Virus record (IMG/VR): IMGVR_UViG_3300023296_000874
Coordinates: 193,534 to 257,533 of that record
Length of the DNA: 64,000 nucleotides
Reading direction: 5' to 3' (one strand)
Below are positions 27,307-36,125 of the stretch, one piece after another. Both the position numbers and the translations under genes were made by a program. Within the stretch, counting starts at the first letter, position 1. The number at the start of each line of letters is the position of its first letter. Below the pieces are notes generated by a model, which saw only the letters and a list, made by a program, of their open reading frames with translations, had not been told where the DNA came from and made no database searches.

Positions 27307-28790
27307 TCAGGGGAGCCGTAGCTGAAGAGGTTTCCCTTGTAGATGAGCTGTCGGGCTACATCCATGGGGATCTTCCGGATTCCCGCTGCCTTGCCAATGG
27401 CATTGAGGTAGTCGAGTGGTGATTCAAAAGGTCCGGTGCCGCCTACCTTCGAGATGGCCTCGTTGGCTCTACGGCTAAGGGTCTCACCGCCGCGCTCGGC
27501 GTCAATGAAGTGGCTCAGGGCCAGGATCTCACGTCCGGAGAAGCCCTTGTCGGAAAGGCTCTTCCAACCGGCAGTCTTGACACTCACCAACCCCTCGTAG
27601 AGGCGGTAGAGCATCAGGTCGCCACCGTAGCCAGCGTATCGGCTCTTGAAAGCGGAGAAGGCAAAGGTGCTGCGCACCAAGTTCTCGTTTCCGTTTTCCT
27701 TGCCGGTGTCTTGCTTGCCCTTCTCAACTCCACGCATCTCGTCACGGAGCTGGTTCCGTACCTGATCGCGGATCACCTGCTTCATGTCGTCGGTGATGTC
27801 GTCAATGGGGCTCTTGTCCGGTGTCGCGGGCGCTGCGGGCTTGTCCTCGCCGCCTTCCCCGTCTCCACCATCGCCGCCCGCATCGTCGAAGTTAAAGCCA
27901 CCCTGGCGGTGTACGAAGCTCTCAACCTTGTTGAGCGCTGCCTGTACCTCCGTGAGGTCAGAAGCGGCACGCTGCATAGCGTCTGCGTCCACAACGTTCA
28001 CGGTCTCGAACGCAGCCTTGATGGTCTCAGCACTCACATCAGCGGCTTCCAGGATGTTCCGCATGACGGCACCCTTGAAGGCTGGGTTGCCTACCCACGA
28101 GGCCTCAATGAATGTGACGCTGTCCTCATCATCCTTGTGGCCGCAGAGCTCGGCAATCTTGCGACGCTTACCCTTCTTGTCGAAGAAGTGGTTGCCCTTC
28201 ATGTACTTGATGTGCTCGCACATCTGAGTATCGTCTTCAGCTACGTTTCCACACTTCGTGCAGACGGTGTAGTCAACCGTGCAACCCATGGAGAGGGTCG
28301 TGATCTCGCCACTCTTGATGTCCCGTACCAGGTCCTTGTGCTTGCGGTCCGTGGCTACGAGGATGTCAACGTAGACGGTCTCGCCAAGGTCGCGGGCTAC
28401 TGCGTCAACAATCTTGCCCTTGCTCAGCTCGGGAATTTGAATGTGCTCAACGTAGTTCTCTGCACCACGGAAGGTTCCGTAGGTGGCGAGGAGCAGGTCA
28501 CGCTCCCAGGCATCTTCGTTGTTGTTGACGTACTTCTCAGTCTTCGCGGTGATCACGAAGGGCCAACCACGGTCGTTGACGGGAGAAGCTTCTACGTCAA
28601 CAGAGGCGATGATCGTGCAGTGCGTGAGAAGGAACTTCTCTGGGTTGTACTTGCTGGCGATCATGTCCGCGCCAGCCTGTCGGCTCATCTTGGAGCTGCC
28701 CGTCATGCCGTCCTTGCGAACAGCGGTCCAGTCATCAGCCTCGAGAGAGTGCCGAACAATCTTCGCCTTTGCGTATCGAAGCATTGACAT
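27303..28790 (-). CDS. Prohead (capsid maturation) protease with a Zn-finger insertion
   Basis: NNNED, NYVEH, KGKIVDA, TLSMGC, CTKCG..CEH, FIEASWVGNPA; HK97/herpes-like serine protease layout. Confidence 0.75.
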   Translation of the reverse strand: MSMLRYAKAKIVRHSLEADDWTAVRKDGMTGSSKMSRQAGADMIASKYNPEKFLLTHCTIIASVDVEASPVNDRGWPFVITAKTEKYVNNNEDAWERDLLLATYGTFRGAENYVEHIQIPELSKGKIVDAVARDLGETVYVDILVATDRKHKDLVRDIKSGEITTLSMGCTVDYTVCTKCGNVAEDDTQMCEHIKYMKGNHFFDKKGKRRKIAELCGHKDDEDSVTFIEASWVGNPAFKGAVMRNILEAADVSAETIKAAFETVNVVDADAMQRAASDLTEVQAALNKVESFVHRQGGFNFDDAGGDGGDGEGGEDKPAAPATPDKSPIDDITDDMKQVIRDQVRNQLRDEMRGVEKGKQDTGKENGNENLVRSTFAFSAFKSRYAGYGGDLMLYRLYEGLVSVKTAGWKSLSDKGFSGREILALSHFIDAERGGETLSRRANEAISKVGGTGPFESPLDYLNAIGKAAGIRKIPMDVARQLIYKGNLFSYGSPE

Positions 28791-30292
28791 TAGCTACTCC
28801 TCGGAGTGCGGAGGTGGTCAAGTACATCCACGAGGCGGTTGTACGCTTCGCGGTTGAAGAGCCCGTCAGCGGTGTTGGCGCTGAGCAGGAAGAGTGCATC
28901 CCCGAAACCGTGGGTCTCAAGGTCATGGTGGAACTGGTCTGCCAAAACAGGCGAGGCGGTTCCGTCACGTACCTCTTCATATAGAAGGTTCATGCCATCT
29001 GAACCGAGTACCTCTCGAAGCTCAATGGCTGAGGGGTTCATGCTGGCAACTACGCGCTGGAAGCCTACTGCGTAGCGGGCATGTCGGTCAGCGTCGATGT
29101 CCTTCTGTACGCCAATCAGCCGTCCAATCTCCCTATCATCCACATCGAGCAGCTCACTTACCGAAAGGTCGGCAACGTAGGAGTAGATGCCCTCAATGGC
29201 TTCATCCGTGTAGTGGAACTGGTCTGCCTCGTCCATCACAGCCTTTCGGATGCGGACGCCAAGGCTTCCCTTGTGGCGGTTGAAGACGGAGCCATGTCCA
29301 ACCAAGGAGTCGCGGAGCAGCTCGTAGAGCTCTTCGTCCGCTTCCTTCTTGAGCTGTCGCGTGGGTAGCTCATCCTCGTGAACGTGCATGTCACCCGAGT
29401 GGAGTCCCACTACGCCGGTTGCAGCGTCATTGTGGTAGATCTCGTGGTCCGGATGGTTCTTCTTCAGGTACGCAAGCACCTGGTTCTTCAGCGCGTCCCA
29501 CTTCGAGTTCTTCTGAGTCGCAGCCGCAGTCTTCAGCGCCGCAAGGAGCATGTCGTCTTCGGCACCCGGAGGCACTCCGAACCCACTCTCCTCCACGTAC
29601 CCAGGAAGCCCCTCGATGTCTGAGGGCTTGATACAGAACAGGCATTCGGGACACACGAAGAGGCGGGTGTGCTTCTTGTAGTTGGTCTTCTGGAGGTTCG
29701 CCCCACACTTGGGGCAGTCGGGCAGGCCGTCATCGAGCTCCCGCCGATTCATGCGGTACCTGCGTCCGGGGGCTGTCCAGTAGATTGCTTGGCGTACACT
29801 GTGGTCCGGGGCCTTGCACACGGAGGTGATGGCTCGGAAGCTGTCGACGCGGCTCAGGCCCTTGAAGGCACACTGCTGGGCCATTACCTGGAGCTTGGCT
29901 TGGGCGTCGAAGTAGTGAGCAGCGAGATGCTCTGCGCGGTCTACAAAAGGAGCCGCTGAGGCTCTCTTGGGCCAGGCGTAGCTGTATCCAACGGCGGTGC
30001 CGTCTTCAATGTGGCTCTGCGCAATGTCGTAGCTGCTGTAGGAGGTGTCGTACTGCGGCGGGATCGTGCGAACGTAGTTCGGGTTCGCGATCACCAGCTC
30101 ATCCGCACTCACACGCTCATTGCCCCATGGGAACTCAGCGTCAACGAATCCGATTCCGGGGTGTACGGCGGTCACCGTCCCACTCACATCGGAAGCCCCC
30201 CCGTCGAGGCTGTTCCTTCGGTAAACGACGTCGCCTCTTGCGAAGTTCTTCGCCAAGAGCCAGTAGTCAACGAATGCTTTCTTGTCAGCCAT
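28790..30292 (-). CDS. Multidomain head-associated protein with a Zn ribbon
   Basis: N-terminal SH3-like segment; CPKCG...CPEC. Confidence 0.65.
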   Translation of the reverse strand: MADKKAFVDYWLLAKNFARGDVVYRRNSLDGGASDVSGTVTAVHPGIGFVDAEFPWGNERVSADELVIANPNYVRTIPPQYDTSYSSYDIAQSHIEDGTAVGYSYAWPKRASAAPFVDRAEHLAAHYFDAQAKLQVMAQQCAFKGLSRVDSFRAITSVCKAPDHSVRQAIYWTAPGRRYRMNRRELDDGLPDCPKCGANLQKTNYKKHTRLFVCPECLFCIKPSDIEGLPGYVEESGFGVPPGAEDDMLLAALKTAAATQKNSKWDALKNQVLAYLKKNHPDHEIYHNDAATGVVGLHSGDMHVHEDELPTRQLKKEADEELYELLRDSLVGHGSVFNRHKGSLGVRIRKAVMDEADQFHYTDEAIEGIYSYVADLSVSELLDVDDREIGRLIGVQKDIDADRHARYAVGFQRVVASMNPSAIELREVLGSDGMNLLYEEVRDGTASPVLADQFHHDLETHGFGDALFLLSANTADGLFNREAYNRLVDVLDHLRTPRSS

Positions 30293-31068
30293 CAGGAGGC
30301 CCCTCCGTCTGAGTCCGCATCAGTAATGGCAGCCGCGAGGCTCCACTTCAAAATGCGAAGGGTGCTGGTGGAGGAGTCTTCTACGAAGCCCTTGCCCACC
30401 TGTGCTTTCGCCTTGCTTTGAGCAAAGGCTTCTGCCCGCTGGTAGCTGTCGAAGAGGTGTCCGGTTTCCCAGTAGCGTGGGTAGATGCGGCCAAAGTTGC
30501 GGAGCACGCCGTAGTCGATCTTCACAACCCAGTTGAAGTCGTCAGCGAATACGGCACATGCCCAGAACTTGTCCTTGGCTCCACCCTTGTCGAGCTTGTA
30601 GGCTTTCGCCCACGGCTCGTGAGATCCAACGGTTGAGCTCCGAATGCGGTCCAGGCTTGCAACAGCCTTCTTGCCTTCGGCTTCCGCCTTGTCTACCAAC
30701 CCTTCGTAGTCATCGAAGGAGTACCAAGTGTCCCGGTAGCCGGAACCCTTCATATCCACCTTCATCGCGTCATAGTCCTTGGCAGGATCCATACACGCGA
30801 GAAACCACGACCACTTCTTGTGCGTTACCCGGCGTACGTCACGATTCCAGAAGTCTCTGGCTGAGCAACGGGCGGAAACCACCCGAAGCTCAATCATGTC
30901 GTAGTCATCCCGGCTCCCGAGGGAGCCTTCGGGCTCGTCATGTGTTTGGTACACAATCACCGTGAATCCATTGTCAGCATGACGCCAAAGCGTCGTACCA
31001 CCACGCCCCAACTCGTCACGAGCTGCGGTGTGGATCACTGATGATGGTTCCGGTGTTGCGTACCTCAT
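30292..31068 (-). CDS. WGR-like domain protein
   Basis: KDKFW...YG...F.S...A...K..Q..KGF pattern. Confidence 0.55.
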   Translation of the reverse strand: MRYATPEPSSVIHTAARDELGRGGTTLWRHADNGFTVIVYQTHDEPEGSLGSRDDYDMIELRVVSARCSARDFWNRDVRRVTHKKWSWFLACMDPAKDYDAMKVDMKGSGYRDTWYSFDDYEGLVDKAEAEGKKAVASLDRIRSSTVGSHEPWAKAYKLDKGGAKDKFWACAVFADDFNWVVKIDYGVLRNFGRIYPRYWETGHLFDSYQRAEAFAQSKAKAQVGKGFVEDSSTSTLRILKWSLAAAITDADSDGGAS

Positions 31069-31087
31069 ACTGACAGGCCCTCATCGC

Positions 31088-31609
31088 TCAGGAGCGCTTG
31101 GGAGCCTGACGGACGTACCGAGCGCCAGTGGAAGCCTTGCGGCCAACCTCAGCGTGCGGGCTGCCACCAACGTAGGGCTGCGAAGGCTGCTTCTTGAATC
31201 CGTCAGAGTACTGGCTGAGCTCCTGAATGGGGCTCTCAGTACGCTCCGTCACTACAGAACCGGAGCCCTGGGTGGGGTGTACGCCACCGCCCTGGTACTC
31301 GAAGGTCTGCATGTACGTCTCGTCGGGGTTCGTCTTCTGGCCTTCGATGTAGCCGGGGCTGTCACCGAAGTTGTCCGCCATGTACTTCTCGGGGTCCTGG
31401 GGATCACCCTGAAGCAGCTTGGCCTGCTTCTGAGCAGTAGCGATGGAGGTACGCTCGATCTCGTCGCAGATGGAGTCCACCTCAAAGGCGAAGTCCAGAG
31501 CCTGCTTCTGAGAAAGACCGAGGCCTTCGTAGTTGGCTTCGAGGGTCTTGGCGATGCTGGAAAGACGGCCAACGTAGCGTCCGGCCTCGCGTGCAGTAAG
31601 AGTTCTCAT
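31088..31609 (-). CDS. Hypothetical head-region protein
   Basis: AAGGAG RBS; internal (P/D)E.YM duplication; KQA and RKAS sites. Confidence 0.7.
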   Translation of the reverse strand: MRTLTAREAGRYVGRLSSIAKTLEANYEGLGLSQKQALDFAFEVDSICDEIERTSIATAQKQAKLLQGDPQDPEKYMADNFGDSPGYIEGQKTNPDETYMQTFEYQGGGVHPTQGSGSVVTERTESPIQELSQYSDGFKKQPSQPYVGGSPHAEVGRKASTGARYVRQAPKRS

Positions 31610-31628
31610 GGTTGAGCTCCTTGGGGGA

Positions 31629-32549
31629 TCAAATGGTCGGGTTGCGGAAGTTGTCGAGGTAGTCGTCGTCAGGATCTCGCTGAATGACGCCACCGTCTTC
31701 AAACAGCTTGCGCCACCGTTCATCCTTAGTCACACCGGGGTCGATGTGGGAGTCGGCAGGCCTGCCGTAGTACTGTGACGGGTCAAAAAACTGGTCTTTC
31801 TTGTCGGCCCGCTTCTGCTCATTCACTTCGGACGGAACATAAACCTCATGGTGAAGGTCGTAGTCCAAGCCGCCGAGCCTGTTCAGAAGAGTCAGATAGG
31901 TAGGCGCGTCGATTTTGCCCGCGTACTTCCCACCATCAAGGCTCCAGATTGTTTCATCCAGGGCCTTCCGGAACGCCGCGTCCCGGTTATCAGCGAGGAC
32001 GCGAGCGTCCACTGAAGTCTTTGCAGTCGTCACGAGCCTGTCGTGGTCGTCTGCTGTGATCATTGAAGGGTTGAAAGGCTCCACTCGGTTCCACACCGGC
32101 CACGTTGCCGTGTTGGTCTGGCGCTCAGGTAGAGGCTCACCCTGAATGAACTTGGTGCCGCAAGGAGAGCGTGTGACGCGGGTGTACCGTGCCTGCTTGT
32201 ACCGGCTATCCAGCCGGGCAAAGGTAGCGGCAGCCAGAGTCGGCCACGAGCGGGGATCGTTGATGTCAACGTCCACACTGGCGTGAATCGCGCGTACGTC
32301 GCCAAGGTCCGGGTTTACACCTCGGAACTGCAAAGCAAGCCGGATGGCTGCTTCCTCAATGGCTACATGGCTCTTCATGCTCAAGTCCTTCTTCTCCTTC
32401 TTCCTCTGCAAGTCACTATCGTCCTCGCGGTAGCGTTCCTTCCGCTTGTCGTAGCGGGGCGGCTTCTCTTTAGGGGCAGGCTTAATCTGCCCCTTGGAGT
32501 ACTCGTCCTGCTTCTCAGCTTCGGATTTTGTCGCTACGCGATGACCCAT
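31629..32549 (-). CDS. Hypothetical head-region protein
   Basis: MGHRVA leader; KPPRYD.R motif; downstream of a promoter motif. Confidence 0.7.
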   Translation of the reverse strand: MGHRVATKSEAEKQDEYSKGQIKPAPKEKPPRYDKRKERYREDDSDLQRKKEKKDLSMKSHVAIEEAAIRLALQFRGVNPDLGDVRAIHASVDVDINDPRSWPTLAAATFARLDSRYKQARYTRVTRSPCGTKFIQGEPLPERQTNTATWPVWNRVEPFNPSMITADDHDRLVTTAKTSVDARVLADNRDAAFRKALDETIWSLDGGKYAGKIDAPTYLTLLNRLGGLDYDLHHEVYVPSEVNEQKRADKKDQFFDPSQYYGRPADSHIDPGVTKDERWRKLFEDGGVIQRDPDDDYLDNFRNPTI

Positions 32550-32590
32550 TGATGTGTGACCCGGTAGAGGTGAGCTCGGGACCCCCCGTC

Positions 32591-32606
32591 TACAAAAGGA
32601 TTATGA
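32591..32606 (-). promoter_or_regulatory. Putative late promoter motif (consensus copy)
   Basis: TCATAATCCTTTTGTA. Confidence 0.8.
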
Positions 32607-32614
32607 GCCGAAGA

Positions 32615-34219
32615 TCAGAAGCGCTCTTCCCCCGCGCTCTCCTTGATTTTCAGTCCAAGGTGCTCAACGACGATATCCAGAAGGTTGGATTTCTCCGCGA
32701 GCTGTCCGCCAATGTCACCCAAGGCGTTTCGAATCGCCTCGTTGAAGTTGGCGTCATTGAGCGTGAATGCATCGCGCTGGAGCTTCTCTTCCACGTCAGC
32801 AGCGTCGATGTTGAAGAGGTCGAGGATGAAGCTCACGGGCAAGCTTCCCTTCTGGTACAGGTCGAACAGGGCGCTGAAGACGTCCTGGTTGTCGGCCAGT
32901 GCCATACGGTTGAAGCTCAGGCGCGGGTAGATGGGCTTGTCGTATCCCCACGCATCCTTCTCCACGAATCCCATCTTGATTGCTACGGGCTTGAAGAGGA
33001 AGTCCTCAACGTACTCCTGAACCATCATGCGGTAGTTCATGAAGCGCTCGTTCATGACGTGCAGGCTCAACCGGTTGCCGGTGAACGTACCTTCGCCAGT
33101 GAGCAGCTCGAGCGTCACGCCAAGGCCAACCATGAGCTGACGGTCCGTGATGTCGTACTCGTTGCTCAGGTCAAGCAGGCGGTCGTTGCTACCGTACTCT
33201 TCCCAGTTCACCTGGTAGTTGGCAACAATGGAGAAGTCAGGGTCCATCAGGGCAAGGTCCACCATCTCGCGGAGCTCATCAACCTGCATTTCGTCAAGCC
33301 CCTCTCCCCACACGACGCGCTTCGGGGTCATGTTGCGGCTTGCGATACTTGTCTGAGCCTGACGTAGCTTGTCGCGGTACAGCAACACGCGCAGGCACCG
33401 TTCCAAAATGGAGGAGCCAAACTTGCTGCGAGGCCTACGCCTACGAGCAAGGTGGTAGCAGAAAGAGCCCTGCATGGGATCGGAGTCCAGGGGGAGGTTC
33501 TCTCCCATCTGGATGTACTCCACGATCTCGGGCGGCATCTTCTCAACCTTGCGCATGGCAAGGGGGTCAACCTGGGCGTCACGCACGGCGCGACGGTCTT
33601 CTTCCGAGGGTACGAACTCGATGTCTACTTCGTCGGAGAAGCTGTAGCCCTTGACGTCAACCTGATCGGTCTCAAGGATGGTGAGCTTGCGCCACCCACG
33701 GTAGTCTTCGCCTTCCTTGTCATCGTCCTCAGCGAAGATGAAGACGTTGCCGTCCAACCAGTAGAGGTGCGTGATCTCGTGCAGGCGTCGTGTGAGCCTG
33801 AGATCATCCACCATCTTCTGAAAGTAGGCCATCACCTTGTCAGCGGTCTCCTTGTCCTCACATTTCGGCTTGGAGAGGCGGACCTTGCTCAAGGGGATCT
33901 CGGTCAGGATGTCGAGTGCCTGCCCAACCATGGGGTCAGTCTCGTAGTAGTGCCTGAACCACTCGTGCTTCTCACGGTCACTCTGAGGCAGCTCGAGGAA
34001 GTCCGTGCTGAGCTGAGGGCTGAAGAAGTTGAATCCAGAGCTCTGGATTACACCACCACCCGGAGCACCAACACGAGTGTTGAACTGTACGCCATTGGTG
34101 GAGCGGGCAACACGCTTCAGACGTCGAGCGATGACTTGATCATTGCCACGTCGGGAGATTGTGGGTCCGGGTGCCGGAGCACCAGATCCACTACTTTCGT
34201 TGTTGTTGTCGTCAGGCAT
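32615..34219 (-). CDS. Portal protein
   Basis: 534 aa near TerL; YYETDPMVGQALD, DGNVF, HLARR...GSSIL, GLGVT.ELL.GEG. Confidence 0.85.
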   Translation of the reverse strand: MPDDNNNESSGSGAPAPGPTISRRGNDQVIARRLKRVARSTNGVQFNTRVGAPGGGVIQSSGFNFFSPQLSTDFLELPQSDREKHEWFRHYYETDPMVGQALDILTEIPLSKVRLSKPKCEDKETADKVMAYFQKMVDDLRLTRRLHEITHLYWLDGNVFIFAEDDDKEGEDYRGWRKLTILETDQVDVKGYSFSDEVDIEFVPSEEDRRAVRDAQVDPLAMRKVEKMPPEIVEYIQMGENLPLDSDPMQGSFCYHLARRRRPRSKFGSSILERCLRVLLYRDKLRQAQTSIASRNMTPKRVVWGEGLDEMQVDELREMVDLALMDPDFSIVANYQVNWEEYGSNDRLLDLSNEYDITDRQLMVGLGVTLELLTGEGTFTGNRLSLHVMNERFMNYRMMVQEYVEDFLFKPVAIKMGFVEKDAWGYDKPIYPRLSFNRMALADNQDVFSALFDLYQKGSLPVSFILDLFNIDAADVEEKLQRDAFTLNDANFNEAIRNALGDIGGQLAEKSNLLDIVVEHLGLKIKESAGEERF

Positions 34220-34592
34220 TCATATTCTCCTGCTGGGCGGCGATTGCGGCGCGTCGAGCAGCTTGCTGCTCTCTGCGTGCGGCGACCCGTTCTATTTCTT
34301 TGTTTCGTGCGGCTATCTGATCTTCGGGCCTTGTGTAGTCAGGGACCGAAACAGATTGCAGAGCTCCCAAGGCAGAGCTCACAGCCCGCTTGGTTCTCCG
34401 CAACCTAATGATGAAGCCGCTGTGGGCGGTGGTCATCTTCCTGTATAGAGGGTCCTGCCGTGCGGCCCTGTCGTCAGCTACTGCCAACTGCTCAATCTGA
34501 GCGTGAATCTCAGAGAGCCTGGATGCTGCCGCCACCGCGTCTGCGCGTGCGGATGCCTCTTGAGCAATCAGTTCCAGAACACCATCGGCCAT
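34212..34592 (-). CDS. Coiled-coil hypothetical protein
   Basis: Overlap-coupled ORF. Confidence 0.6.
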   Translation of the reverse strand: MADGVLELIAQEASARADAVAAASRLSEIHAQIEQLAVADDRAARQDPLYRKMTTAHSGFIIRLRRTKRAVSSALGALQSVSVPDYTRPEDQIAARNKEIERVAARREQQAARRAAIAAQQENMNA

Positions 34593-35185
34593 CAGAACAA
34601 CCGGATATCGACACCGAGCGTATTGTCGTTGTCAGTAGAGGGAATCATCCACACCGTTCCAACCTGGATCGGTGTGCCAATCCCTGCCGCTGTAGCATCG
34701 GCAAGGGTGGTTAGGTATCCCCTGTCACTGACGTAAACCGCGTCATTCAGTGAATAGGAAAGTGCGATTCCTGAGGAGGTCCGATCTCCAAAGGTGTACT
34801 TCTCGAACATCTTGAAGACGAAGGTCCCATCGAACATCATGGTAACGACGCGCGTGCTCGACGGCTTGTAGGAAGAGTAGTTGTACTCCGTGCTCCGGAG
34901 GTCAAAACTGCCCGGCGTCTGAACTTGAGGGTGAAAGTCAGATCCACGAATGAGGAACCCAGTGGCGGCAGTGCCATCACTCTGTCCCACCACTCGGATG
35001 TTCTTGACGTTGTTGGCCGGTCCGAAGGAGTTGGAGGTGTACATCACCCACTGCCCTCCGCGCCAGCCATCAGCACCATCACCACCACTCGACGCAAGCG
35101 TGTCATTCACGTACACGGGGACGTTCATCCCCTTGTACTGAATTACAACGTCATGATTCTGCTGATGGTTGTCTCTTACTCCCAC
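34592..35185 (-). CDS. Second decoration/cement-like protein (paralog of 24937-25557)
   Basis: YSLNDAVYVSDRGYLT and VGTVWMIPS...LGVDIR align with YTAGMRLYASDNGILT and IGVVLQAPS...MVIDLR. Confidence 0.6.
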   Translation of the reverse strand: MGVRDNHQQNHDVVIQYKGMNVPVYVNDTLASSGGDGADGWRGGQWVMYTSNSFGPANNVKNIRVVGQSDGTAATGFLIRGSDFHPQVQTPGSFDLRSTEYNYSSYKPSSTRVVTMMFDGTFVFKMFEKYTFGDRTSSGIALSYSLNDAVYVSDRGYLTTLADATAAGIGTPIQVGTVWMIPSTDNDNTLGVDIRLF

Positions 35186-35211
35186 GGTAGCTCCTCGTCA
35201 GCCAGTTGGGT

Positions 35212-36051
35212 CTACTCGCCCTCTTCTTCTGTCGCTGCAGCCATCACCCACTCATCGTACTCCTTCTCCCAACCGGAGGGGCGCTTGCGCAGACGTCCGA
35301 GGTAGAGCACCTGGCCCGTAGTCGGGTTCATGGAGCGTGGGTAGGTTGCACGCTGCTGCGGGAAGAGGCTGAAGTACCAGTCCTTCACCGCGCCACTCTT
35401 GGCGTCCTGGGTCTTGAGTACGAGTCCGGTGTAGTAGATGCGCGAGCGCTCTTCGCCCTTGTCGGAACCACGGTCCACGTAGTCCTGCACCAGCTTGAGG
35501 TTGTCTGCACTCGGAGGAGGTCCGCCCTTCTTCGAGAAGTACACCACTTCGAAGATCTTGGAAGCGCGGCTTCGGTCTCCGTCCTCACCGGGCTCGCCGT
35601 TGCTTGTAGCTGCGGCTGCGGGCGTGTGGCGGTAGAGGCCAACCTTGGAGCCCTTGGTACCACCCTCAACCCGAAGGATGTTGGGCAGGCGGGGATCCTC
35701 GAAGTTCAGGATCACGTCCTCACCATCAACCTCGTCGATAGTGGCAACAGCGTCGTGAAGAGGGCCGAGGAGGTCCTGAAGGTGTCCGGGCACCTTGCGC
35801 TTGTCGATGCGAACCATCTCACCGCGCGCCAGTGGCTGTCCACGCTTCGAGGGCTTGTACTCCTTGTGGGGCACACCCTGACGCTCAAGGAATGTGGCGC
35901 ACTCACGCTGAGATACGCGGTCGTTCTTCATGATGCACCATTCCACGAACTTCTCAGTCTCGGGCTTGATGGCGACCTTGTCGTGGGCTTCTACGTCGGT
36001 AGAACCCAGCACTTCCAGTGCAAGGCTCTGGGCGAGCTTATCATAGTTCAT
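35212..36051 (-). CDS. Hypothetical protein with a helical leader (MNYDKLAQSLA...DKVA)
   Basis: GGGAG RBS; promoter motif directly upstream. Confidence 0.7.
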   Translation of the reverse strand: MNYDKLAQSLALEVLGSTDVEAHDKVAIKPETEKFVEWCIMKNDRVSQRECATFLERQGVPHKEYKPSKRGQPLARGEMVRIDKRKVPGHLQDLLGPLHDAVATIDEVDGEDVILNFEDPRLPNILRVEGGTKGSKVGLYRHTPAAAATSNGEPGEDGDRSRASKIFEVVYFSKKGGPPPSADNLKLVQDYVDRGSDKGEERSRIYYTGLVLKTQDAKSGAVKDWYFSLFPQQRATYPRSMNPTTGQVLYLGRLRKRPSGWEKEYDEWVMAAATEEEGE

Positions 36052-36098
36052 GTTGGGATCTCCCGAAAGGGGGTAGTAGGTGTCTCATCTCAGCCCGG

Positions 36099-36114
36099 TA
36101 CAAAAGGAATATGT
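36099..36114 (-). promoter_or_regulatory. Putative late promoter motif
   Basis: ACATATTCCTTTTGTA. Confidence 0.7.
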
Positions 36115-36125
36115 CCGGTCTGGGA

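Noticed and set aside
24379-28787. Long plus-strand ORFs (e.g. 24379-25644, 25551-26921, 27510-28787; also 36246-37571 and 39968-41059)
   Set aside because: Antisense shadows of high-GC3 genes, with no motifs and implausible composition
29942-29956. Additional promoter motif (TACAAAAGGAG)
   Set aside because: Only a half match, it lies inside a CDS and lacks the CATAAT part
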